A stretch of DNA of 59,208 bases, filler included. It is 5 parts of 5 records of this genome, joined end to end, with 100 filler letters (N's around TTAATTAATTAA, not from the genome) between each part and the next. Parts side by side here need not be neighbours in the genome. Positions count along the whole stretch, not along the records: positions 49,472 to 59,208 come from SRR2962707_1396; 4 more parts are not named here. The stretch is one strand, 5' to 3'. The translations under genes were made by a program, and so were the position numbers. Position 1 is the first letter of the stretch, and the number at the start of each line of letters is the position of its first letter. Below, piece after piece: positions 50,997 through 59,208 of the stretch. The notes under the pieces are model-generated. The model had not been told where the DNA came from and searched no databases. It saw nothing but the letters and a program-made list of their open reading frames with translations.

Positions 50997-52001
50997 TCAG
51001 GCGCCATGTATCTCCCGCACTCCCAGCCGTTCACGCTGATGCGGCGCGGTAAAATCCAGTTCCGGCCCGATCGGGATGATCCCATGGGGGTTCACCGTCG
51101 GGTGACTGCGGAAGTAATGATGACGGATGTGATCCATATACACGGTCTCCGCCACACCGGGTAGCTGATACAGTTCACGCAGCAGACCGTTGAGGTTCGG
51201 GTAGTCACTGATGCGGCGCCGGTCGCATTTGAAATGGGTAACGTAAACCGCATCGAAACGCACCAGCGTGGTCCACAGCCGCAAATCCGCTTCGGTGAGT
51301 GTGTTGCCCACCAGATACCGTTGCCGGCTCAACCGTTGCTCCAGCTCATCCAGGGTGTCGAACAGTGACACCACCGCCTCGTCATAGGCCGCCTGACTGG
51401 TGGCGAAACCGGCTTTGTAGACGCCGTTATTAACGCGGTTATAGACGGTGTCGTTGATGGCATCGATCTCCGCGCGCAACGCCTCCGGGTAATAGTCACC
51501 GGCCCGCGCACCCAGACCGTCAAAGGCCTGGTTGAGCATGCGGATGATTTCCGCCGACTCATTGCTGACGATGGTTTCACGCTGTTTGTCCCACAGCACC
51601 GGCACCGTCACCCGGCCGGTGTAGTGCGGATCGGCCTTCAAATACAGCTCGTACAGCTTGCTCAGACCGTACAGCGGGTCGCCCGTGGCGCCGTCGAAAT
51701 CCGTACCCAGCTCCCAGCCATTTTCCAACATCAACGGGTGCACCACGGAAACACCGATGTGTTCTTCCAGCCCTTTCCAGGCCCGCATTACCAAGGCGCG
51801 GTGGGCCCAGGGGCAGGCATAGGAAACGTACAGATGGTAGCGCCCGCTTTCCGCCTTGAAGCCGCCCTCGCCACTGGGCCCGGCCTCGCCATCGGCGGTT
51901 ACCCAGTTGCGGAATTGGCTTTCCGACCGCTTGAAGCGGCCGCCGGTACTGTCGGTGTCGTACCACTTATCCTGCCATTTGCCGTCCACCAATAATCCCA
52001 T
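50997..52001 (-). CDS. yqjG: Glutathionyl-hydroquinone reductase (Xi-class GST)
   Basis: YVSYACPWAHR, TVPVLWD, NNGVYKAGFA, HYFRSH. Confidence 0.9.
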   Translation of the reverse strand: MGLLVDGKWQDKWYDTDSTGGRFKRSESQFRNWVTADGEAGPSGEGGFKAESGRYHLYVSYACPWAHRALVMRAWKGLEEHIGVSVVHPLMLENGWELGTDFDGATGDPLYGLSKLYELYLKADPHYTGRVTVPVLWDKQRETIVSNESAEIIRMLNQAFDGLGARAGDYYPEALRAEIDAINDTVYNRVNNGVYKAGFATSQAAYDEAVVSLFDTLDELEQRLSRQRYLVGNTLTEADLRLWTTLVRFDAVYVTHFKCDRRRISDYPNLNGLLRELYQLPGVAETVYMDHIRHHYFRSHPTVNPHGIIPIGPELDFTAPHQRERLGVREIHGA

Positions 52002-52048
52002 GGTGCCCTCCTTACTTTGCCGTTTGCCGCGTCAGCCGATCGCGGAAG

Positions 52049-52657
52049 TTACAGGGCCGCCAGCGCCGCTTCTGTTTCCACTCGCGCCTTTTCCAGGGCT
52101 TCCTCTTTCACATCCTCACTGATGTTCAAACCCTCGGCGTAAATGAAGCGCACATCCTCAATACCGATGAAGCCGAAAATCGCTTTGATAAAGGTGGTGC
52201 TGGTTTCATGGGGCTGGCCCACATGGAAACCGCCGTGCGAGGCGAACACCCGCACCGGGCGGTCAGCCACCAGCCCTTCCGGACCGTCGGCGGTGTAGCG
52301 GAAGGTCACTCCGGCCCGGGCGATATGATCGAACCAGGCCTTGAACTGGGTGGGCACGCCGAAGTTGTACATGGGCAGTCCGACCACCACCAAATCCGCC
52401 GCCCGCAACTCTTCCACCAAGGCATCGGACAGGGCCAGCACCGCTTTCTGCTCATCGTCCAGGCTGTCGGCAAAGCCGCGCAGCGCGCCGGCACGGGCCA
52501 GGTCCAGGTGAGGCACGCCGTCATTGACCAGATCGCGGACCACCACTTCGGTGCCGGGATGGCGGGCCTGATAAGCCTCGATGAAAGCCGTGGCCATCTG
52601 GCTGGACTGGCCCTGGTCACCAAAGATGCTGCTCTGCAGGTAAAGAATGCGGGTCAT
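52049..52657 (-). CDS. azoR: FMN-dependent NADH-azoreductase
   Basis: PMYNFGVP, KAWFDHIARAGVTFRYT...GPEGL, FIYAEGL. Confidence 0.92.
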   Translation of the reverse strand: MTRILYLQSSIFGDQGQSSQMATAFIEAYQARHPGTEVVVRDLVNDGVPHLDLARAGALRGFADSLDDEQKAVLALSDALVEELRAADLVVVGLPMYNFGVPTQFKAWFDHIARAGVTFRYTADGPEGLVADRPVRVFASHGGFHVGQPHETSTTFIKAIFGFIGIEDVRFIYAEGLNISEDVKEEALEKARVETEAALAAL

Positions 52658-52754
52658 GGCTGCTGCTCCGTAATAATCGAATGACATCATTGTCTTTTCG
52701 TCTGATCCGATATAAAACAGCAACTATTCGAGCAATATCTTCGAAATATCTGAT

Positions 52755-53648
52755 ATGTCGACCAAAATTTCCCTGGACCAATGGCAAGCCCTGATCGCCG
52801 TGGTGGACGAAGGCGGGTACGCCGCCGCCGCCGAGGCGTTGGGCAAAAGCCAATCCGCGATCAGCTATGCCGTGCAGAAGATCGAAACCGAGCTGGGTAT
52901 CCGCGCCTTCACTTTGGAGGGCCGCCGCGCCAAGCTGACGGAAACCGGCGATATGCTCTACCGGCAGGCCAAGCTGTTGCTGGAAGAAGCGGGCCGTATC
53001 GAAAACTCGGCAATCCAGTCCAGCCATGGCTGGGAACCTCTGGTGCGGCTCGCGGCGGACGCCTTGTTTCCCCGTCAGCAGGCGTTGTGCGCTCTGGTCA
53101 CTCTGGCGGAGGAAAGCCCGCTGACCCGGGTGGAGTTCCAGGAAACCGTATTGTCGGGATCCGAGGAGGCGCTGCTCCGGCACGAAGCGGACGTGGTGGT
53201 TACCGGCCGGGTACCGCCCGGGTTCATGGGCGATCATCTGATGCGGGTGCGCTTCATTGCCGTGGCCGCTCCCGGCCACCCCTTGCATCAGAAGGGCGAA
53301 CTGAGTCTGGAAGACTTGCGTGCGCACCGCCAGCTGGTGATCCGGGATTCCGGCAAGCGCCGCCTGGATTCCGGTTGGCTCGGCGCCGAACAACGCTGGA
53401 CCTTCTCCTATGGCGGCAGCCGGCGGGAAGCGCTGCTGCGCGGGTTGGGGTTCGCCTGGGCGCCGGAAACCGAGGTGGACGGCGATCTCGAAGCGGGAAC
53501 CCTGCAGCCCCTGCCACTCAAGGAAGGCGGCGAGCGCTACGGTGACCTGTACCTGGTCTACGCCGACGGCCAGTACGCCGGCCGTGCCGCGCGATTCCTG
53601 GGTGATAGCCTGAAAGCCAGTTGCCGGAACCCGAACACTGATCATTAA
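52755..53648 (+). CDS. LysR family transcriptional regulator
   Basis: GGYAAAAEALGKSQSAISYAVQKIE HTH; divergent from azoR-yqjG-pirin. Confidence 0.92.
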   Translation: MSTKISLDQWQALIAVVDEGGYAAAAEALGKSQSAISYAVQKIETELGIRAFTLEGRRAKLTETGDMLYRQAKLLLEEAGRIENSAIQSSHGWEPLVRLAADALFPRQQALCALVTLAEESPLTRVEFQETVLSGSEEALLRHEADVVVTGRVPPGFMGDHLMRVRFIAVAAPGHPLHQKGELSLEDLRAHRQLVIRDSGKRRLDSGWLGAEQRWTFSYGGSRREALLRGLGFAWAPETEVDGDLEAGTLQPLPLKEGGERYGDLYLVYADGQYAGRAARFLGDSLKASCRNPNTDH

Positions 53649-53695
53649 TCATACCCGGTCTATACTGAAGCTAGATTCGCTCTGGAGGCCTTCCC

Positions 53696-54229
53696 ATGCG
53701 CAGTACCGTTGCTCTGATCCTTGCCCTCCTGCTAACGGGGTGTGTCGCGCCGGTGGTCATCGACCAGCGCGCGCAGACTGATTTCAGCCAATACCACAGT
53801 TATGCCTTCGATCCGCCGAAAGAAGATCAGGAAGCCCTGAGCCTGGACGGTCAGCGAGTGCAAAAAGCGGTGCGCGAGGCACTGGCCAACGGCCCGCTGC
53901 AACCCGCTGATGAGAGCAGCGCCGATCTGCTGGTGCGCTACCGCTTCGTTCCGGTGGACCGCTTCCAGGGCAGTTCGGTGCAGTTCGGCTTCGGTTTCTG
54001 GCGAGATCGCTACGGCCTGTCCACCACGACTCCGGTGGAAGGACAAACCAACCAGGAATACCGCCTGCAGATCGCCCTGGTGGACCGCGGCGACAAGCAG
54101 GTGGTCTGGCAGGGCACCAGCCGCGACACCCTCTATTTCGAGATGGCCACGGAACGACGGGCGGAGCGTATCGATACCATGGTTCGGGAAATGTTCAATC
54201 GTTATCCGCCGGTGGCCACCCCAGACTGA
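53696..54229 (+). CDS. DUF4136-like lipoprotein
   Basis: Lipobox LLTGC, DFSQYHSYAF, ADLLV, VVWQG, YPP terminus. Confidence 0.75.
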   Translation: MRSTVALILALLLTGCVAPVVIDQRAQTDFSQYHSYAFDPPKEDQEALSLDGQRVQKAVREALANGPLQPADESSADLLVRYRFVPVDRFQGSSVQFGFGFWRDRYGLSTTTPVEGQTNQEYRLQIALVDRGDKQVVWQGTSRDTLYFEMATERRAERIDTMVREMFNRYPPVATPD

Positions 54230-55505
54230 CAAGCAGCCCGCCCGACGGACGGTTTTCCAGCCGCAACCGCCCCCCGGTGCGGGCCATGATACTGGCGACG
54301 ATGGCCAGTCCCAGGCCATGGCCTCCGTCATGGCCGTGCCAGCCCCGATCCAGAACACGCCGTTGCCGCGCCTCGGGAATACCGGGCCCCTGGTCGGCAA
54401 CCGTCAGCCAGCACAACCCCTCCTTCTCTTCGAACCCGATGCCAATCACGCCCTGCCGGGGGCTGTGGCGCAACGCGTTATCCAGCACATTGCGCACGGC
54501 GATCCGAACCAGCCCTTCCGGTGCCAGCGGCACTAATTGACCACCCTGCGCCAGCTCCCATCGGAGACTCTGGCCAGGAAACTCCTCCAATACGCTGGCC
54601 GTCACTTCGGCCAGGGGCGGACAGGGCGGCGCTTCACCGGGGACGCGGTCCTCGCGCGCCAGCGCCAATAACTGCTCCAGGCTGCCTCCCAGCCTCACGC
54701 TGGCCTGCTCCGCCGCCGCCAGCGCCCGTTCCGCCTGTTCTCCGGAAGTGATCCGCGCCACCTGGAGCTGGGTGCGAATCGCCGCCAGCGGCGTGCGCAG
54801 CTCATGAGCCAGGTTATCGGTCAGTTCCCGCTCCCGGGTCAGCGCGCGGCCGCTTTGCGCCAACCAGTGATTCAATGACGCCACCATCGGCGCCAACTCA
54901 CCGGCTCCCGGCGCCAGTGTCAACGGCCGGGTATCCTCCAGATCCCGCGCCGTTAACTGCTTGCGCAGCGAGGACACCGGTCTGAGCGCCCGTCCCACCG
55001 CCCACCAGACCAGCGCCAGACTGGCCAGCAGACCGGTCACCAGCGTCACCATCAGCATCACCGCCATACGATGGAGGAAGCGGGTGCGGCCACTGACGCG
55101 CTCGGCGGAAGCCACGCGCAAATCGCCCTCGGTAATGGTGTAGATGCGCCAGGCCTCACCATCCAACTGGCGCTCGCCGAAACCGTCCTCCGGCAGCACC
55201 AGCTCCCCCGGCGGCGCCCCGGCACTGCGCGCCAGGATCTCGCCGCGCAGTACACTGACTTCGCAGGCGATGCCCTGGAAAGGCATGTCATCCGGGTTGT
55301 CCACGGCCTGGTCCGGCGTGGCGCCACTGGCGGTGATCAGTGAAGCCACCATCCGCGCCGAGGCCGCCAGACGATGGTCGAGCATGTCCGACAGCCGGTC
55401 CCGGGTTTCACCATGCAGCCAGATCGCCAGCGGCAGCCATAACAGCAACAACCCCAGTCCCAAAGCCCAGAGCAGGCGCGCGCGCAGACTTTGTGCATGA
55501 ATCAC
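54195..55505 (-). CDS. Sensor histidine kinase (QseC/DsbS-like)
   Basis: Two TMs, HAMP region, AHELRTPL H-box, NVLDNALRH, DQGPG, GHGLGL. Confidence 0.92.
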   Translation of the reverse strand: MIHAQSLRARLLWALGLGLLLLWLPLAIWLHGETRDRLSDMLDHRLAASARMVASLITASGATPDQAVDNPDDMPFQGIACEVSVLRGEILARSAGAPPGELVLPEDGFGERQLDGEAWRIYTITEGDLRVASAERVSGRTRFLHRMAVMLMVTLVTGLLASLALVWWAVGRALRPVSSLRKQLTARDLEDTRPLTLAPGAGELAPMVASLNHWLAQSGRALTRERELTDNLAHELRTPLAAIRTQLQVARITSGEQAERALAAAEQASVRLGGSLEQLLALAREDRVPGEAPPCPPLAEVTASVLEEFPGQSLRWELAQGGQLVPLAPEGLVRIAVRNVLDNALRHSPRQGVIGIGFEEKEGLCWLTVADQGPGIPEARQRRVLDRGWHGHDGGHGLGLAIVASIMARTGGRLRLENRPSGGLLVSLGWPPADND

Positions 55506-56164
55506 GGCGGGCTCCCCAGCCGGTAGCCTTCGCCACGCACCGTTTCAATCAGACTTTCCCCCAACTTGCGCCGCAGGTTGTGAATGTGCACGGCCAGAGC
55601 GTTGCTCTCCACGCCACCGGTCCAGCCGTACACACGGTCGGTGAGCTCGTCCACGGTCAGCAATCGTCCCCGACTTTGCAGCAGCGCCTGGAGCAGCGCC
55701 CGTTCCCGCCGGGCCAGTGAGACCGGCTGCTGATCCAGCCATACCCGCTGCTGGCCCGGATCGAAACGCAGGCGGCCATATTCGATCCACGGCACGGCAC
55801 GGCCTTGAGCACGACGCAGCAAGGCCCGCAAGCGCGCCACCAGCTCATTGAGATCGAAGGGTTTGACCAGGTAATCATCGGCGCCGGCGTCGAGGCCATC
55901 GACCCTGTGGGCCACCCGGTCCCGGGCGGTGAGCACCAGTACCGGCTCGTCCCGCTGACGGCGGCGCCAGCGCCGCAGCAGCACCAAACCGTCCTCGTCC
56001 GGCAGCCCCAGATCCAGCACCACCACATCGAAGTGGCCGTTGACCAGCGCCTGATCCGCTTCCGCCGCGCGGGTGACCCAGGCCACGGTGAAGCCGTGGG
56101 CCTCAAGACCGGCGTTTACGCCGTCGCCCAGCAGGGCGTCGTCTTCCACCAGTAGTACGTGCAT
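55502..56164 (-). CDS. OmpR-family response regulator (QseB/DsbR-like)
   Basis: LLVEDD, LDLGLPDEDG, GADDYLVKPF, ETVRGEGY. Confidence 0.93.
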   Translation of the reverse strand: MHVLLVEDDALLGDGVNAGLEAHGFTVAWVTRAAEADQALVNGHFDVVVLDLGLPDEDGLVLLRRWRRRQRDEPVLVLTARDRVAHRVDGLDAGADDYLVKPFDLNELVARLRALLRRAQGRAVPWIEYGRLRFDPGQQRVWLDQQPVSLARRERALLQALLQSRGRLLTVDELTDRVYGWTGGVESNALAVHIHNLRRKLGESLIETVRGEGYRLGSPP

Positions 56165-56235
56165 TGTCTTCCAGGCTCCAACGAACGGATCACCGGGAGG
56201 TCCAGCCCCGGATGTTCCAGAATAGCACCGCCGTA

Positions 56236-56286
56236 TTAGCCCGCCATTAACGAGGGGCGGGCCGCGATGGGCTAATGGTGTGTTAA
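56236..56286. promoter_or_regulatory. Response-regulator direct-repeat boxes
   Basis: TTAG-N7-TTAA (56236-56250) and CTAA-N7-TTAA (56272-56286), AT-rich half-sites in a GC-rich divergent intergenic region. Confidence 0.55.
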
Positions 56287-56330
56287 TCCACGCCCCGCAC
56301 ACTGAGCCGCGTTTTTTGGAGGAGCCGCGA

Positions 56331-57140
56331 ATGACCACCTTCACGCTGGGCCCGCTGGCCCTGCCATGGATGGCGATGCCCTGGCTGGCTTTGTTGCTGA
56401 GCGCCTGGCTGACCACCGTGTGGCGGCGCCGGAGCGGCCGGGCGGACGCCGAGCCTTTGCTGTGGTGGCTGCTGACCGGCGCCCTGGTCGGTGCGCGCCT
56501 GGCCTTTGTTGGCCGCTATTGGGATCAATACGGCCTGAGCTGGGCGCTGATCGACATCCGTGACGGCGGCTGGTGGTGGCCGGGCGGGGTGGCCGGCGCG
56601 GTCGTTGGCGCCGCGCTGGGCTGGCCGCGTCATCGTCAGGCCGGCGGCGAACTGCTGCGGACGCTGGCGGTGGGCGCCGTGGTGGCCGTGCCAGTGCTGG
56701 CCACGGTAATGGCATTCAGCGGCGTGCGCCCCATGGCTCCCGATGTGGCCCTGCAGGACCTGCAAGGGCGCCCCGCGGGCCTGCTCGACGACGGCCCGTC
56801 GCCATTGACGGTGGTCAACCTGTGGGCCACCTGGTGCCCGCCATGCCGCCGGGAAATGCCGGTATTACAGCGGGGACAACAACACTACCCCGAGGTGGAT
56901 TTCGTTTACGTGAACCAGGGCGAGAGCAGCGCCCGGATCCGCAGCTATCTCACCGACCAGTCATTGCGCCTGCAACGGGTCCTGGCCGATCCGCACAGTG
57001 ATCTGCTGCGCGCCCTGGGCAGCAGCGCGCTGCCCACCACGGTGCTGATCGATGCCCGGGGCCGCCTGGTTGGCAGCCATGTGGGCCCGCTTTCCGACGC
57101 CAGCCTGCGCCATCTGCTGGCTCCGTACATCAAGGAGTAA
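56331..57140 (+). CDS. TlpA/DsbE-like thiol-disulfide reductase with N-terminal Lgt-like membrane domain
   Basis: GARLAFV...IDIRDGG membrane part; NLWATWCPPCRREMP thioredoxin motif. Confidence 0.85.
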   Translation: MTTFTLGPLALPWMAMPWLALLLSAWLTTVWRRRSGRADAEPLLWWLLTGALVGARLAFVGRYWDQYGLSWALIDIRDGGWWWPGGVAGAVVGAALGWPRHRQAGGELLRTLAVGAVVAVPVLATVMAFSGVRPMAPDVALQDLQGRPAGLLDDGPSPLTVVNLWATWCPPCRREMPVLQRGQQHYPEVDFVYVNQGESSARIRSYLTDQSLRLQRVLADPHSDLLRALGSSALPTTVLIDARGRLVGSHVGPLSDASLRHLLAPYIKE

Positions 57141-57144
57141 CGCC

Positions 57145-57735
57145 ATGCTTCGTTCACTGTCCCTGCCATTGCTGTTGATGGCCGCCCTGTTCATCGTCCC
57201 GCTGGCACACGCCGACGATCAGGAGGATCAGGCCGCCGTGCAAAAAAGGGTCTTCGAGATGTTGGAACAAAGCCATTGGGTGGCGGAAGGCGCGGACGAT
57301 CCGGAGCGGGTGGTGTACATGTTCACCGACATGGAGTGCCCGTATTGCGCCAGCCAGTGGCAAATGATGCGGCCATTTCTGCAGAACGCGGACAACGACG
57401 TCCAGGTGCGTCACATCATCGTCGCTCTGATCAAGCCCACCAGTCTGGGCAAGGGCGCGGCGGTGCTCGATGCCAAGGATCCGCAAGCGGCTCTGGACAA
57501 AGCCCAGGGTGATTTCAACCAAGGTGGCATCGAGCCGTTGCGGGACATCCCCGCCGAGGTGGAAAACGCCCTCCAGGCCAATACCATCCTGATGATGCAG
57601 CTTGGCTTGCGCGGTACGCCGGCGACCCTGTTCCTGGATCCCAACGGCCGCTTGCAGGCGGCGCCGGGGCTGATGAACGAGGAGGTTCTGGCCTCGTACG
57701 TTTTCCAGACCCGGCCGGCGCCGAAGGCGCCGTGA
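57145..57735 (+). CDS. dsbG: Thiol:disulfide interchange protein DsbG-like
   Basis: Signal peptide ending AHA; VYMFTDMECPYC, VRHI, GTPA cis-Pro loop. Confidence 0.8.
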   Translation: MLRSLSLPLLLMAALFIVPLAHADDQEDQAAVQKRVFEMLEQSHWVAEGADDPERVVYMFTDMECPYCASQWQMMRPFLQNADNDVQVRHIIVALIKPTSLGKGAAVLDAKDPQAALDKAQGDFNQGGIEPLRDIPAEVENALQANTILMMQLGLRGTPATLFLDPNGRLQAAPGLMNEEVLASYVFQTRPAPKAP

Positions 57736-57750
57736 CCGGGATTCGCCGGG

Positions 57751-59034
57751 CTATTCGGCCAGCCAGCTCACCTCGCCATTACACAGGGTGCGGCGCACCG
57801 AGCCGGGCAACACGGCATCAAACCAGGGCGAGTTACGGCCGCGGGAAAGCCAGCGCTCATTCATGACACGCTGCTCATCCGGCGCCACCACCGCCAGATT
57901 GGCCATCCGCCCGGTTTCCAGCTGACCCGCGGGAATCCCCAGGCAACGGGCTGGCGCCGAGGTCACCGCGTCCAGTGCCCGGTGCAGCGGCAAGGCACCA
58001 TCCTGAACCAGTTTCAGTACCAGCGGCAGCAGGGTGTCGAGCCCGGAGATACCCGGCCGGGTGGACGGGAACGGCGCGGCCTTGCTGAACGAGCCCAGTG
58101 GTTGATGTTTGGAACAAATGGCATCCAGCGTGCCGTCGGCCACCGCGTCCAGTAACGCCTGCCGGTCCTCCACCGTACGCAGCGGCGGCAGCACGTGGCA
58201 GCGGCTGTCGAAGCCCTCGAGGGCGGACTCGTCGAGAAGGAGGTGGTGAATACTCACATCCGCTGTAACGGGCAGTCCACGGCGTTTTGCTTCCCGAATC
58301 AAGGCCAGAGAATGGCGGCTGGAAATCTGCTGGAAATGAGCCCGCACCCCGGTGGCCTCCACCAGCAACAGGTCCCGGGACAGGGCCACCGATTCCGCCA
58401 CCGCGGGAATGCCAGGCAAGCCGAGACGGGCCGCCACGGCGCCGTCGTGGGCGCAGCCTCCGGCGGTCAGGGAAGCGTCCTCGGGCCGGAACAGCACCAG
58501 CAAATCAAAGGTCGCGGCGTATTCCAGACAGCGCTTGAGGGTGAGGGAACTTGCCACGGACGCGCCGGCCTGGCCCACCGCGATACAGCCGGCCTGGGCC
58601 AGGGTCTGCATTTCCGCCAGATGTTCACCCGCCAGCCCCTGAGTCAACGCCGCCACCGGCAGGGCCCGGGCAAAGTTGGCCTGCCCGGCCTGTTCCCGGA
58701 TCAGGCGCACCACCGCGGTACTGTCCACCGGGCCGCAGTCCGGCTGCACCGCCATATGGGTGACCCCCCCGCCCGCGGCGGCGCGGCATTCCGAGGCCAC
58801 GTCACCGGTCCAGGGGCCCTCACCGGGCAGCGACAGATGCACGCAACTGTCCACCAGGCCGGGAATCACCCACAGCCCTTCGGCTTCCATGATTTCCGCC
58901 CCCGGCGCGTCCAGGCTGGCGCCCACCCGCACCAGGCGGCCTTCCTCCACCAGCAGGTCGGCGACGTCGTCACGGCCGGAGGCCGGGTCGATCACCCGTC
59001 CCTTGCGGATCAGCAGGTTGGCTTTAGTGTCCAT
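57751..59034 (-). CDS. pyrC': Dihydroorotase-like protein, probably inactive PyrC'
   Basis: DHOase fold; HxH reads CVH and catalytic SDH reads SKH; overlaps pyrB 3' end. Confidence 0.85.
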   Translation of the reverse strand: MDTKANLLIRKGRVIDPASGRDDVADLLVEEGRLVRVGASLDAPGAEIMEAEGLWVIPGLVDSCVHLSLPGEGPWTGDVASECRAAAGGGVTHMAVQPDCGPVDSTAVVRLIREQAGQANFARALPVAALTQGLAGEHLAEMQTLAQAGCIAVGQAGASVASSLTLKRCLEYAATFDLLVLFRPEDASLTAGGCAHDGAVAARLGLPGIPAVAESVALSRDLLLVEATGVRAHFQQISSRHSLALIREAKRRGLPVTADVSIHHLLLDESALEGFDSRCHVLPPLRTVEDRQALLDAVADGTLDAICSKHQPLGSFSKAAPFPSTRPGISGLDTLLPLVLKLVQDGALPLHRALDAVTSAPARCLGIPAGQLETGRMANLAVVAPDEQRVMNERWLSRGRNSPWFDAVLPGSVRRTLCNGEVSWLAE

Positions 59035-59208
59035 GGCCGCTCTCCTCCCGGGCTGCCTGAGCCGCATCCAGACTCTCCTGGCCGCTGATGGCCATGGACA
59101 TCACCGCCATGCGCACGGCGATGCCGAAGGTAACCTGGTTGAGAATCACCGAGCGGGGTCCGTCGGCCACTTCCGAAGCGATTTCCACACCCCGGTTGAT
59201 CGGCCCCG
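59024..59208 (-). CDS. pyrB: Aspartate carbamoyltransferase, C-terminal fragment
   Basis: Manual translation [39 protein letters not shown]...; not in the ORF track. Confidence 0.93.
   Translation of the reverse strand, partial: GPINRGVEIASEVADGPRSVILNQVTFGIAVRMAVMSMAISGQESLDAAQAAREESGHGH

Noticed and set aside
52617..53645. 342-aa antisense ORF over LysR (also 58195-59088 over pyrC')
   Set aside because: Shadow frames in high-GC DNA

Overview
This window is not one locus. It is five unrelated contigs joined by four identical artificial 100-nt linkers (44 N + TTAATTAATTAA + 44 N), as in a concatenated marine metagenome, so no synteny should be read across the linkers. Taxonomic labels below are inferred from gene order, protein style and GC, not from searches. 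(1) 1-11395, Hyphomicrobiales-like alphaproteobacterium: TRAP SBP / GS-like ligase / ALDH / Fe-ADH cluster (gamma-glutamylation route, probably for ethanolamine), yitT, lipB, DMT, methyltransferase, a split mnmC pair with abutting start codons, tig and tRNA-Leu(TAG). (2) 11496-21754, Marinobacter-like: gshB-tonB-algH-ruvX-pyrR-pyrB-pyrC', then an atypical TRAP-like system (AdeT/DUF6091-type SBP, lipoprotein, oversized DctM) preceded by a perfect 19-bp inverted repeat. (3) 21855-31301, Marinomonas-like: GNAT, MFS, purEK and gap-pyk-mgsA divergent from edd with three HexR-type boxes. (4) 31402-49371, Roseobacter-group-like: GGT, sorbosone-dehydrogenase-like protein, pqiAABC with a repeat-extended PqiB, an uncharacterised seven-gene catabolic cluster, an IS3 remnant and an att-like junction at a tRNA-Ser 3' end. 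(5) 49472-59208, Alcanivorax-like: orphan higA with a decayed higB, pirin-yqjG-azoR with LysR, a DsbRS-like two-component system with dsbE/dsbG, and pyrB-pyrC'. No CRISPR array, rRNA or intact prophage was seen. The best candidates for undescribed systems are the TPAT-like TRAP locus and the GMC/enolase/ALDH + HIBADH/aldolase-II/BBOX-like catabolic cluster; both functions are inferences.
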